NCBI GenBank assembly: GCA_951406725.2
Contig: OX597814.1
Span: 9,982,001-10,046,000 of the forward strand
From: Octopus vulgaris
Taxonomy: Eukaryota
Length of the DNA: 64,000 bases
Direction of reading: 5' to 3'
The notes below the pieces were generated by a model, which had not been told where the DNA came from, did not search any database, and worked only from the letters and a program-made list of their open reading frames with translations. Shown piece by piece: positions 14,916-29,094 of the stretch; position 1 is the stretch's first letter, and each line of letters starts with the position of its first letter. Made by a program: the position numbers and the translations under genes.

Positions 14916-15466
14916 ATGCAGTACCAGGCAGTGGCTCTCATGGCTTCTGATCTTAACTGATTGGAAGTGTTATCATGTACATTGTTTTGTCTTGGTATAA
15001 AAGATGGGCTACAGCAAATATTCTGCTCAATACCACAGATTTGCTTGTCAGTTGTTTGACCTTAACCAGTTGAGCATGTCCCTTAGTGGCTGACGATATG
15101 TGCATCTCTGATCACGAGCAGAAGTAGTGGGGGAGCATCATAGCCATGTGTTGAGAGGGATTCTTTGGAGTTTGAATAATTCACCTCTGGAAACATGGGT
15201 GGTTCTTTCAACATCCTTAAACAACCCTTATTCAGGGACCTTTTGAGCGGGATGGGCTTCTCAACCTGAAGGAAATTCTAACTGGGCCCCACCTGCAAGG
15301 TCATGTGCTGTTTATCTTGATATGAGATCACCATGTCGCGCACATATGGTTGTGATGCATGTGCCTGGTGTACCTTTATCAGACGGGTAGTCATGATGGG
15401 TATATTGGGCTTCGTATATTTTACCCCAGTGTCACTTTGATGGCATGCACTGCTCTCTCACTCAAT

Positions 15467-15467
<1 letters not shown>
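14915..15467 (+). mobile_element. ~550-bp non-coding interspersed element inserted in an (AAT)n tract; possibly the 3' UTR of an R4/Dong-clade LINE
   Basis: Complex-sequence block bounded on both sides by (AAT)n, with no long ORF. The clade assignment is inference only, based on Dong elements targeting TAA repeats. Confidence 0.4.
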
Positions 15468-15532
<65 letters not shown>

Positions 15533-16115
15533 AACAACAACAACAACAACAATAATAATAATAATAACAATAATAATAATAATGGTTTCAAATTTGGGCA
15601 CAAGGCCAGCAATTTTGAGGGCGGGGTAAGTCGATTACATGAATCTCAGTGTTCAAATGGTACTTATTTTATCGATCCCGACAAGTTAAACGGCAAAGCA
15701 GACCCCCATCATAATGCTCGCTCCTGTATGCTCGCCACCGTAATAATAATAATTATTATTATTGTTATTATCGGAATTTGTACTCATAACGTAATGAGCT
15801 GGAAGAAATACTGTTAAGCATTTTGTCCGACGCGCTAACTATTCGGCCAACTCATTGCTTTACTACTTATAATAATTATGAATAGGAGTAGAACGAAGTT
15901 GAGCTGGCCGAATCGTTAGAATGTCGGTAAAACTTTCTCGTGTCATTTCTTTCTGCTCATTAAAATCTGTGTTCAAATTCCCTAAAGATCATCCCAGTTT
16001 TTTCCTAGTTTCGGTGTGGGTAAAGTAAATTGTAGGGGAAATAAATGCGGCTACGCATGCAGCATAAACCACTCTGCCATACTTTTATGCATGCATACGT
16101 ACATGTGCGCATCGT

Positions 16116-16499
16116 GGTGAAAGCACTCCGTTGGTTACGACGACGAGGGTTCCGGTTGATCCGAATCAACGGAACAGCCTGCTCGTGAAATTAACGTGTA
16201 AGTGGCTGAGCACTCCACAGACACGTGTACCCTTAACGTAGTTCTCGGGGATATTCAGCGTGACACAGAGTGACAAGGCCGGCCCTTTGAAATACAGGTA
16301 CAACAGAAACAGGAAGAAAGAGTGCGAGAAAGTTGTGGTGAAAGAGTACAGCAGGGATCACCACCATCCCCTGCCGGAGCCTCGTGGAGCTTTTAGGTGT
16401 TTTCGTTCAATAAACACTCACAACGCCCGGTCTGGGAATCGAAACCGCGGTCCTATGACCGCGAGTCCGCTGCCCTAACCACTGGGCCATTGCGCCTCC
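16116..16499 (-). mobile_element. SINE family C, full length with 12-bp TSD
   Basis: Reverse complement of 54667-55053. TSD tgtgcgcatcgt at 16104-16115 and 16500-16511. Confidence 0.95.
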
Positions 16500-16754
16500 T
16501 GTGCGCATCGTATCATCTTAACATACCTTTATTTTTTTGAAACACGTGTTATGATTAACTACAAAACACTTAATACTCTCATTCGTCACGTATTAACTAT
16601 TGTCAGCTAACCTTAATCCAAGCTGAAATATCTTCATATATTTACCTCCAGTCTAATATTTTTAATTGTTAATCTATCCTTTTCCAGTCTTTGTTAACTG
16701 ATGCAGATGCTTTATTTTAAAAACAATCAATTTCGTAATCGTTTATAGAAACCA

Positions 16755-17033
16755 CCTCCACGAGGCTCCGGCAGGGGATGGTGGTGATCCCTGCTGTACT
16801 CTTTCACCACAACTTTCTCTCACTCTTACTTCCTGTTTCTGTTGTACATGTATTTCAAAGGGCCGGCCTTGTCACTCTCTGTGTCACGCTGAATATCCCC
16901 GAGAACTACGTTAAGGGTACACGTGTCTGTGGAGTGCTCAGCCACTTACACGTTAATTTCACGTGCAGGTTGTTCCGTTGATTTGGATCAACCGGAACCC
17001 TCGTCGTCGGAACCGACGGAGCGCTTCCATCCA
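16755..17033 (+). mobile_element. SINE family C, 5'-truncated, with TSD
   Basis: Starts at ctccacgaggctccgg, lacking the tRNA head. Flanked by atagaaacYac repeats. Confidence 0.9.
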
Positions 17034-18778
17034 TAGAAACTACATCCTGTCTCCATCAATTTAATAATAATGTTCTTTCTATTGCCTAACAACTATATGG
17101 CTCTCGCTTTAGGATTTAATCCCAATCCATGAAAATGGTGTTTAGATTGACTCCTTGGAGGGAATTACATAGCAACAACCTATGTTTAAACGATCAGTGT
17201 AAAAATGGATACTGAGATGATTATGCAATAAAGAAAGGATTGTGCAGATGGGATTAAATTGTCAGGACCCTGAAAGTAAATTCTATTTTGATGATGATAG
17301 TGAAGAAACAATATATTAACGTTGCTTAGACGCTGCTAATTGAATGTTTTCCCTGCACAGAGAACATCACTCACTGAATTGACACTGTCTAGTTTTAAGT
17401 AAATCGCGTCTAGGAGATATCATAATTATAGCGTCTTATAATTGGCGCCAATGCTGTCCAGCTAATCACAGTGTTAACTTCAAACAGATGCTTTATTTCG
17501 AGAGAGGAAAAAAAAAACACACACACACACATTACCAGGCGACTAGAAAAGATACGGTAGACTTACTAATTCCTGTGATGTTAATTTGATTATTCTTGCA
17601 TAAACAAACAAAAATTGTTTAAAAAAAAAAAGCAGCTTTGTTTTCTTTTTAAAACTTTATAGTTAAGGAAATATGTTGGTTAACGTCTAGAAGGAAACAT
17701 AAGCTCTTTGCTGGAATGTTACGAGCATGTTGATGTAGAAAAAGAAAGGTGAAAGGTGGAATATTTAAATTAAGACATTATAAAGCTTCTATTAAAAACA
17801 ACAAAATAAAAATAAATAAAAATAAGTACGAGGTTTTATTATTATTTTTGAGAGTCTATATTTCACTTTCGAGATAGGACTTACCTTAATCCTTTTTGGA
17901 AATAATCTTTGGGGGTTAAAGATCGTCTAAATGACTGATTGGATTGTTGCAACATTGTTAGAACTTCTTAGCGCCATCCATACAATGAATACTTTGCAAG
18001 ACTGATAAACAAAATAGAACTGTGTTTTGTACTTCATGCAATGGTAACAAAAAGAAAAAAAAATCAGTTTCATTTACTTAGTTTCAAAACAAAACGTATT
18101 GATATCATGAAACAAAACACAAAGGAAAAGAGTGTGTTTAGTTTATTTAATACACTTACCAAATATATTCTTCGTACACTAATATACTTTCATGATTTTT
18201 TATAATAAATTATATTTCACATCGGTTCATAAAGAGAAGACAGTCACATAGCATCTTAAACCTCTCTTGGTATCAAAAGATTTCAGAGATGGAAAATGAA
18301 AACATGATGGGAATCTATTTACAAAGATTCAAAATCGATGAAATAGTGGTACCAAATTTACAAAAGAAATCTCAAATGAATGAGTGTTTAATGGATGATC
18401 TTGTACAAGGAGATATAGAAAATATAGATTAATCATATATTAATGATTTTGAAAATATTTATTTAAAGTAGTAATGATTTATTTTATGTTATATAGTTTT
18501 TTTTGTATATTTCTCTTCTATTTCAGTATTCAATGTTCTTCGAAAATATTTTTGTAATGACCATATTTTCTAGATATCTGTTGATAATCAAAACCGATAG
18601 TAAAGATTTTTATCAGCTTCGATGCGATAAACTGTTATATAAATGTACTGGACAAATTACACTCTATGAGTTAACTAAGATTGTGCAAAAGTCGATAAGA
18701 TAGACCATCTATATATTTTTCTTATGCAGATCTCTTTATGTCTGTTATGTTCCATCAGCTGCATGCAATAATCATATC

Positions 18779-19278
18779 TACTATAGAAACAAAGCCAGAA
18801 ATCCAGGAGGAAGGTTAAGTAGATGACATCGACCCCAGTGCTCAACTGGTACTTATTTCATAGATCTGAAAGGATAAAAGGTAAGGCTGACCTCGGACGA
18901 ATTGGAATAGAACGTAAAGACGGGCGAAATACCGCTAGGCATAGTGCCCAGCGTGCTAACAATTCTGCCAGCTCACCATCTTAGGACACACAATAATGAT
19001 CAGTGCGTAACTTCCCATACCTATTTCTTTACTACCCACAAGGGGCTAAACACAGAGGGGATAAACAAGGACAGACAAACGGATCAAGTCGATTACATCG
19101 ACCCCAGTGCGTAACTGGTACTTTATTCATCGACCCCGAAAGGATGAAAGGCAAAGTCGACCTCGGTGGAATTTGAACCCAGAACGTAACGGCAGACGAA
19201 ATACGGCTACGCATTTCGCCCGGCGTGCCAGCTCGCCGTCTTAGGACACACAATAATGACCAGTGCGTAACTTCCCAT
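18779..19278 (-). mobile_element. Two family B SINE copies (older ~18779-18980, younger ~19021-19226) with a ~50-bp flanking duplication
   Basis: Both contain the gtcgactttgcctttcatcctttcggggtcgat-like domain. gccagctcRccRtcttaggacacacaataatgaYcagtgcgtaacttcccat is repeated at ~18967-19018 and ~19227-19278. Confidence 0.85.
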
Positions 19279-19651
19279 GTATCATATGAAATAATTAGTT
19301 TCATACAAGAATATATTTCTGTAATTCTTGGTCATGAGCAAACATATACAGGTTTTAGAATAATGCTAAGAATATGCTCTTCTATACTGTTTACTCTTAC
19401 AAATTAAGAATTACATAACTTTTAAAGAGGAATAATCCTTATTTTTTTAACTCTTATTCATATATACATAAATACATGCATACATATATATATATTTACA
19501 AATTCAATTAGAGCTTAAATCAGCCTCATTAAGGGGTGGTGTCATCCAATGAATTACTGGTTTAATACCTAATATTTGTGGTGAATTATAATATTCATAA
19601 ACCAATAAGTTTATATATAAATAATGGTTTATAATCATTCAAAAGAAAGTA

Positions 19652-19767
19652 AGAAAATTGGAGATACATTTGATTAAAATTTATTATCTGCAAAAATCAA
19701 ACATTTGAAACAACTGTTTGATTTTTGCAGTTAATAAATTTTTATTAAATATTATATCTCCATTTTC
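19652..19767. repeat. ~115-bp imperfect foldback
   Basis: gaaaattggagata..aaaatttatta.ctgcaaaaatcaaaca pairs with tgtttgatttttgcag.taataaatttt..tatctccattttc. Confidence 0.8.
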
Positions 19768-20722
19768 CTATTTTGTTATATAAGGGTCGTTCTTTATGTT
19801 ACTTGTCTTGTTTTCCATTTGTTTCTCTCGTTATTCGCATACCCAAGTTTGTCTTCGTATTTTATGTTGTTTACATTTTCTGATGTCCTGTACCGATATA
19901 TGCATAAATATCCCCTCTTTCTCCTTTACACCCTCTCGTAGCTTACACGTGACCATCATCCATCTTTCTTTTCTTCACGTGATTACCTTTCTTTTCTTTC
20001 AGAACTGTCCTCAGGACTGGACGTATCCTAGCACTCTCTTCTATCTTTTCTCTTATCACAGAAAATATTTCTCCAGCGTTCGCTATTTTTAGCCTCGCTC
20101 TGGTTTAACGATCATCCATGTTTGTTTTCGTTCGGTTTCCTTGTTTGTCTCCACTGTCCTGTTTTTGTTCTCAACTTTGACCCTCTATAAATCCCAAATT
20201 TTATTTTGGTACTTATGGGAGCAACTGACTTCGAAGACTCGTATTCTCGTTCAATGGTGGCAGTATTTCAATCGATCTTTTCATTTGTGTTGTTTTCGTC
20301 GATGTTGTTGCTGATGTTGATACTGGTTTTGTTGTCCATTCATTTCTCTGTTAAAAGATTGTTGTGGGAAATTAGTGTTGCAATGACTGTTGCACTAGCT
20401 AATTGATTTGCTAAGCCATTTCTTAAAAATATGTAACACACACAGGTTACAACTTTGGAGACTGGATGGAAACTTTAGTCGAGTTTCGAAACTGAGTATT
20501 TCACTGATAGTTTATGTTATCAGTTCTGACGGATGAAAATTGACGCTGAACTTGATGGACTTAAAATATAAAAATTCGATTTATTTATCTATCGCAAAAT
20601 ATTTCCTCATACGCTTTAACGATTATTCCAAGCCACGACGAGAATATTCGTTACAAATTTCGGTAAAGGGCCTGCAGTTTTTTGAGGGAACTGGTAAGCC
20701 AATGACATTGGTTCCCGTACTT

Positions 20723-20786
<64 letters not shown>

Positions 20787-21350
20787 CATGTATTTTATCG
20801 ATTTCGAAAAGATGGAAGCAAAGCCATCCTCGGTGAACTGAAAACGCAAAGATATGCAAAATACTGCTAAGCACTTTGTCTGGCGTACAATCGGTTCTGC
20901 CAGCTCATCGCCTTTCTAAAATATTAATAACAAAGACAGTCTCAAAAGAATGACAAATGCTTAGTAAGATGTCTATTTTTGAACTATGCGCCCTGATGAA
21001 TAATACGATGTCCTTCTTCTTTGCAAGCAAAATGGTTTTTTCAACTCGCTATTTACATGCTATTATTTATAGCCTTATGCGTGCATCACGACCCACTCCC
21101 AAATGAATATTACACGGTTTCTCGAAAGTTTACAAAATTCATATGACTCTAACAACGAATATGTGTGTGTGCACGCGTGTGCTTGTGTTATACATGCACA
21201 TATATATATTCATATATATTATATATGCATGTATATATATCATACACACACATATATATAATATAAAAATACATATTATATGTATTTTTATATTTATTTT
21301 GCCATTTATTGATATCTCCCTCTCTCTCTCTCTCTATATATATATATATG

Positions 21351-21431
<81 letters not shown>

Positions 21432-21959
21432 ATATAAGTATATATATCTAGCTATCCATTCATCCATTCATCCGTTCTTCTATCTATCTATCTATCTATA
21501 TTGTTTATATACGTATATATGTATATGAAAAAAATATATATATAATGGAAATTTAATATCGGTTATAATTGTTTCAACAGTATTCCGCTTCCTACAACAC
21601 TTCAAATAAATGATCATGTGTGATAAACTGTACAAGATTTGTGTAAGTTATAAATGATTGATATCGAGAGGAATGACTGTCTTCCCCATCAGATCTATAT
21701 TAAACTGTTTGGCAAACTTAGTTGCGTTTATGTGACTGTAACTGTCCGGAATATCAGCAAGCATATAACCATTTTTTTTTGTTAACAAATTTGGTCTATA
21801 TCGAGGTAGTGTACGTGCGTGTGTGTAATTGTGTATGTGTGCATGCGTGTCTGTGTGTATGTGTTTAAGGATGTATGTGTTTCTATTAATGTCTGAGAGA
21901 TGCTAATTTGTGAAAATCAGTCTCAAATTTTAGTTTATGTATACCCTCTTGTATATATA

Positions 21960-22183
21960 TATTTCTTTACTGCCCACAAGGGGCTAAACATAGAGGGGAC
22001 AAACAAGGACAGACAAAGGGATTAAGTCGATTACATCGACCCCAGTGCGAAACTGGTACTTTATTTATCGACCCCGAAAGGATGAAAGGCAAAGTCGACC
22101 TTGGCGGAATTTGAACTCAGAACGTAACGGCAGACGAAATACCACTAAGCATTTCGCTCGGTGTACTAACGTTTCTGCCAGCT
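21960..22183 (-). mobile_element. SINE family B (Deu/Nin-domain-like), full length, tail type B1
   Basis: Reverse complement of 54192-54422. Confidence 0.9.
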
Positions 22184-22233
22184 ATACCCTCTTATATATA
22201 GGATGTTTAATTTGTATGTGTGTGTAGATCTTT

Positions 22234-22283
<50 letters not shown>

Positions 22284-22649
22284 TATCACCACCACCACCA
22301 CCACCATGACCTCCTCCACCCTCCCACCACCACCACCACAAGAATCTCCATCTTACTCTCCCAATTATTATTAGTCAATATTAATATTCTTACTGCATGC
22401 TTCGTTGTCTGCACTACTGAGTGTAATTGTATCTGTTCCGATACGGTGTAGCACTTTTCCAGGAGTGGCAGTAATAATCCATTGTGAACCTTGCTTAAGC
22501 TTTTTGAATCGACAACAATTGTCAGACACCGTAATGCCAGACCCCAGGACAGGGACCCAGTCACGAGGATTATATAAATAGTGTCATAAATAGTGTCAAC
22601 GTAGTAAAAACTGTTTTTATTAACTGACATAAACTGTTCAAATTATACG

Positions 22650-22920
22650 TCTTGATAGAGCAACGCTTTTTCGATAGTAACTTTTGTTCCTGTTCTTCAC
22701 ATCACGCAAGATAATGGATTCCAAGCAGAAGCAACGTTCCGTAATTAGATTCTACACGAAGGATGGGTGCGAAGTGTCCCACATCCACAGAAAGTTACAA
22801 CTTGTTTACGTAGATGACACCATTAACAAAGTAATGTGCATAAATGCATCAAGAGTTTTAAAGATGAGGAAACCAGTTTTTGTGACAACCCATGCAGTAG
22901 GTAATTATGAGCAATTTGAC
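22650..22920 (+). mobile_element. Mariner transposase N-terminal fragment
   Basis: MDSKQKQRSVIRFYTKDGCEVSHIHRKLQLVYVDDTI resembles the mariner N-terminal HTH (QRxVIxF..EG...IHRRL..VYG). Confidence 0.65.
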
Positions 22921-22926
22921 TGACTT

Positions 22927-23030
22927 ATGTCAGCTTATATAACATTATACTATATGTCAGCTTATATAACATTATACTATATGTCAGCTTATATAACGTT
23001 ATACTATATGTCAGCTTATATAACGTTATG
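22927..23030. repeat. 27-bp minisatellite, ~3.8 copies
   Basis: atgtcagcttatataacRttatactat at 22927, 22954, 22981 and 23008. Confidence 0.95.
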
Positions 23031-23279
23031 CCGACTTTGGCATTACTTTTGGTACAGCCTACGTGTAAGAAGGATATCGCTTCGTCAGGTAAGATTGTCA
23101 ATGATTGTGAGGTTTCATATTTGGAGCAGGTGCGAAGGAACCAGTTAACTATCGATCATGTTTAAAAGTGAATGGTACAATGCGTTGCTTGTGGTGTTTT
23201 GCTGTTGAAAGAGAGAAGAATGAAATGACACCATTAGAGAAAGTCAAATTTATCTTTTTATAGAATCAGTGGTGACATG

Positions 23280-23570
23280 TTATGTTGCATCTTGGCAGTG
23301 AGGGGCTGATATATGGTTTGGGGAATTTAGAGAAAACTTAAAAGTCGGGTCATCTTTGAAGGGGTAAGCGTTGTTGGCCGTGACGGACTGTAAGTTATGA
23401 ATGTATAGGAAAATGAGGGTGAGGAACAAAACCGAACCCTGGGGAACAATAGAGTTGCCTAAATGTAGCAAAGAAAAAGAACCATAAGCCCTTGCCGTGA
23501 TAGCGCGACTTGATGGGGAGTTACTGACTAAGGGGTTAAGAGACGGATGAAGTCCGTAATCAATGTGGAC
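23280..23570 (-). mobile_element. Degenerate non-LTR RT fragment
   Basis: NSIVPQGSVLFLTLIFLYIHNL...YPFKDD corresponds to the GVPQGSVL and YADD motifs. Confidence 0.6.
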
Positions 23571-24076
23571 ATTCTGTAATGTCTGAAATTCTTAAGAAAA
23601 ATACACACAACTGCAACATATCTCTTCGGTAATCATAAAGAAATAATGATGAGTAAACAAACAAATGAAGTGAAAGGATAAACTGACATAAATCCTTTTG
23701 CTTGTTCTTGTAAACTCAAAATATCTGGGGCACATCGTTGTTTTGGGAACAGCAAAGCAAGGCTCACAAACTGAATTTGTCAGTATCGGCTTTGTTGCTT
23801 TCGGCAGACTATTAACCTAAGGGAAGCAACAAAGCCAAAAGTTCAAAGTTACTGTCGGACATTTCCTTCTTGTTAAAATTAAATAATTGTATGTGATATA
23901 GCACTTAAATGTATTGAGTGATCCTTCAATTAATGTCATATATATATATATATATATACATATGACTGCTTATATATTGTATATAATATCTATCCATCTA
24001 TAAATATATATGTATGTATATGCGTATATACATTATATATAAACACACATACAAACATATATATATGTTTATGCGT

Positions 24077-24155
<79 letters not shown>

Positions 24156-24734
24156 ATACATGCGTGTATATATATACATTATAATTTAGGGTATCTAAGA
24201 GATACCAGCACGTTGGAAATAGCAGCCAAAACCTGACTCTAAAACCACATTAAATGTTCATACACCACCAGTTTATAGTATTTCCAGCGTGGCGATATCT
24301 CTTAGATACACTAAATTATAATTTTAATAATAAGAATTACATTTGAAGGTTTTTATTCCCATGCTGGCCACTTGATAAGATCGATATTCAAATTAACGAT
24401 CTTATTCCTTATATATATTGCATATATTCGTGTATATACAAGCGGCAATTATTTTGTCGTACCAGACCTTAGTTTCTGGTTTTATTATTTTAGGTTTTTG
24501 TATATTCGCAGGCTAACACAGGGACATCATGTGCCCACCCGACCTTGATGTACAAAGTGAAAGATGAAAGGAGAGAAGGCGTACCACAATTTCACTGAGT
24601 AGAGGGTGATAACATGGAATGAAATGCACTGCCTAATCCATAAATCGAAACTACGACCCTATTGTCTCCAGGTCAAATCCTAGCCACTAGGTCACGCACA
24701 TTCACATACACTTTTATAAAGCCTCGCACATCTA

Positions 24735-24777
<43 letters not shown>

Positions 24778-24779
<2 letters not shown>

Positions 24780-25362
24780 GGAGACAAACACTTTCCTCTC
24801 TGGTCAATCTCTCATCAACTTCTTCAAGTACCTCTTGAAAAGGAAAGTGAGAGTAGAGAGGCAAGTTTTGTCTAGCGAATGTTTTAAAAAAAGATGGGTG
24901 AATGTAGCAAGGATGGCACGTATGAATGACGAAGCCACCTTGAGCATAATCCTATGAACCCAGAAATTGAAAACAGAGGGTTACCCACTTGCAAACAAAT
25001 GTGGTAACATATAACAATATTGACCAAGGTTACCGTGGTCTTTTTCGTAGGCTTTTCTTCCCACGGATAAACCTTACTTGCTTTCCCCTTTACACCATAC
25101 ATCATGACACTGTGATACGCGATCCCTATTGATCGTTTTCTTTTCCTCTTCCCCTTTTTTTCCTCTTTTTTCTTCTTTTTCATTTTTCTTTTCCTTTGTT
25201 CCTTTTTTCTTTTTTTCTTTTCCTTTTTTTTGTTCTTTTTTCCCTTTTACGATCCCTTTTGATCGAAAACCTACGCCACCCTTTTTTTTCATCCCCCAAA
25301 AGAAAAGCTCTACCTTGTAACTTGTCCCATCTGTGTGCAGCCCTGTGTGGCCAATAAAGAAA
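24778..25362 (+). mobile_element. 5'-truncated L1/Tx1-clade LINE 3' end (ORF2 C-terminus + 3' UTR) inserted in a (CTAT)n tract
   Basis: Open frame 24778-24957 LETNTFLSGQSLINFFKYLLKRKVRVERQVLSSECFKKRWVNVARMARMNDEATLSIIL*, with the Tx1-like R.R.E...F..RW end. T-rich UTR ending aataaagaaa. Confidence 0.6.
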
Positions 25363-26243
25363 CCTATCTATATACCTATCTATCTGTCTGTCTGTCTATC
25401 TATCAATCTATCTGCCTGTCTGTCCGTCTGTCTATCTACGTATCCATATATCCATCCATCTCCCTGTCTGTCTCTCTGTCTGTCTGCCTATCCATCTTTC
25501 TATCTGCCTATCTATCGATACATATAGCTGGCTACGACCTGTTTATATATCTACGTCTCCATCTTTCTCTTCTCTGTTTTTCAGTATCCCTACTCTTTTA
25601 TTTTATCTTTTTAACACAACTTTCAGACACTCTCTTAAACTTTCTATATACATACAATGGCTGGATAAACATTTATAATGCAATCAGAAAATAGAAAAAG
25701 ACGGGAGAAAATGCTATTCAGCTGTGTGTTTTTAAACGAGTCCTATCCCCCAGTCCTCCGAAAAGGATCAAAGGGGATTATGAAATAACTTTCAGAAATT
25801 GATGGGGAAATAAATTTAAGGGTCAATATAAATTATTTCGTATTTACTCTCTTAACAAAATCTCATCAAACTCACACGCATGCTCACTTTTAGCAACTTT
25901 TATACATGCATTTATGTATACATACATACAGAGACATTCACCCAAGCGCGCGCACACGCACACACATATACGCAGATATATTTTGACATACAGGCCTATA
26001 TACGTGTATATCAATGTAAATAAACACGCGCAAAAGTATAAAGGCACTTACATATTCCCTTACAAAAAAAAAACATACATCTCAACAAGCACACATATCA
26101 CAGACACACACACACACACACTCATATATATAAATATATATATACATATATATATATATATACACATACACATATATATGTAAGTATATTCATATATATA
26201 TATTATGTATAAATGTATATACATACATATTTAAACATATACA

Positions 26244-26279
<36 letters not shown>

Positions 26280-26423
26280 TATATATATTCTATACATATA
26301 TAGATATCTCGTCCCTATATCCATCACCCATTTTATTTATATTATATATGCAAGAGTATATAATAAATCACATTACTACGTTTTGATATAGACAATTATT
26401 CATACATACATACATTTATATAA

Positions 26424-26539
<116 letters not shown>

Positions 26540-27446
26540 TATAAATATATATATATATATACATTGGAAATAGTGACACAACATGTATGTGTATTGTTTG
26601 TCTGTGCATGTTTGATTTCCTTGCCTTATTTTATTTTTTTACATATTTATTTTGAAATTTCTAGGAGCAGGAGATAAAAAGAAAGTGCTTGAACTAATTT
26701 GAAAAATTACAATGTTATAAGAAATAAGATGTGAAAGGTCAGTTAATTTTCAAACGAACCGTGTCATCAACAACAACATTAACAAGAAGAAGAAAAAAAT
26801 GAGAAGATATTTCAAACAATATCAAATGAATCCTCATATAAACAAATTTATTCTTCTAATACACAGACATTTTTCTTCATTTCCTTATTTACTTCCAAGT
26901 AAACTAACCAAAGGATTTTTGACGGGTGTGGTCTTATTTCTATAAATGTCTTTAAATTTGCTTCTAATTACACTGTATATTTCAAATTAGGTAAAAGGAA
27001 AAAGGAGTATAAATAAAAAAAATCGAAAGACATATCACCATGTCAATTTTTAGTGATGCAGAAAATCTTGTAAATTAATGAAATACGAAGAAGAAAACAA
27101 AGTAGAAATGAATAAAATGAAAAAAATATGGCGTCCATGGTTTGCATGTCGTATGAGTAAGTAGTGTCCATATTAATCGTATCAAAGAAATAGAAACGAA
27201 ATAATGGAGACATACTTATGCCTTTTTTTAGTTCTCCTCTTGCTGCCCTTTTTTACTGACAGTTTTCAAACCCTTTCTCGTATTACATTTCGTTCATCGT
27301 GTATATGCGTTTGTAATATACGTATATCCTACATTAGTACATACATACGCATACACGCACCTACATGCATGCATGCATTCATGCGTACATACGTGCGTTC
27401 GTGTATATATATATACATTGATACATACATATATACACACCTATAT

Positions 27447-27477
<31 letters not shown>

Positions 27478-27594
27478 TTATATATATATACAAATATATA
27501 CAAGCACATATACAAGCATATATATACAAATATATACAAGCATGTATACCGATATATGTGTATATACTTATGTATATATGTACATATTTGTGTA

Positions 27595-27638
<44 letters not shown>

Positions 27639-27682
27639 TGTATATATGTATAAATAAATAAATATATATATATATACATATG

Positions 27683-27723
<41 letters not shown>

Positions 27724-28589
27724 CTGTGTAAATGTATATATGTATATGCACCGGTGTCTAAATTAGAGGAGCGTCGAAAAAGATCTCATTAATTGATACG
27801 TACGTTTCTTTAATTTCTTAGTTCAAATCCCAGCTCGTCCACCTTTGTCTCTTTTTCTTAGATAATTGTTAAAATTCGTGGCAATCAATAAAATAAGTTG
27901 TCATCGACCATAATCGATCTGTAGATCATGTGGTATTACGGCTTAGCCTGAAATTGAATGTCTTATAGCATGAAAAGAAATATAAAATTACATATGTACT
28001 TAGGAAGCATTTATTTTGGATGGCAATGAAAATTCAATACAAGAAAATTGCCCGAATATTATTTTAAGATTTTAGCCAAATTTCTCTTTGTCTTTTAACA
28101 TATTTAGTATATTTAGTACCAAGCAATTTATTATTATTATAGATTTTCAATTTTTTCACAAGGTCGGCAGTTTTGGGAGAGGGAGCTAGTGGATTACATC
28201 AACTTCAGTGTTCAACTGGCACTTATTTTATCGACCTCGATTGGATGAATGGCAAAGTCAACCTCGGTAGAATTTCGCTAAGCATTTCGTCCGGCGTGCT
28301 AACGATTCTGCCAGCTCGCCGCCATTTAATGAATTAATATTTAACACGTAATAGTGTTAATAATAATTTGTATATGCTGCCAAATAGGCTGTTTATTGTC
28401 ATTTGATCTAGAAACATCTAGTAATATTTATTCAGTAAGTCTAACTATGACTTACTGATTTTGAAGTGGGTACTTGGGAGTTAAGTTCGTAGAAAAAGAC
28501 CCTGTGAGATCCTTGACAACAGGTTGTTGTGTGCTCTTACAGAATTACCAGGAACAAGTGAAATCGAGACCTCTGAGAAGCAAAATAGA

Positions 28590-28907
<318 letters not shown>

Positions 28908-29094
28908 GAAAAAAAACAACAACTTTTATTGAAAGCTACAAAATACTTCTCATCCAAGACGAATTGTGGTCCGATGCTTTATACTGATTGTGCCATTCAA
29001 CCGCGAACCAAAAGTTTGAGTCTCATTGTTATAAATTAAAGCAACTTATAGTTTTCTATTATATGTATGTATATATATATATGTGTGTGTATAA

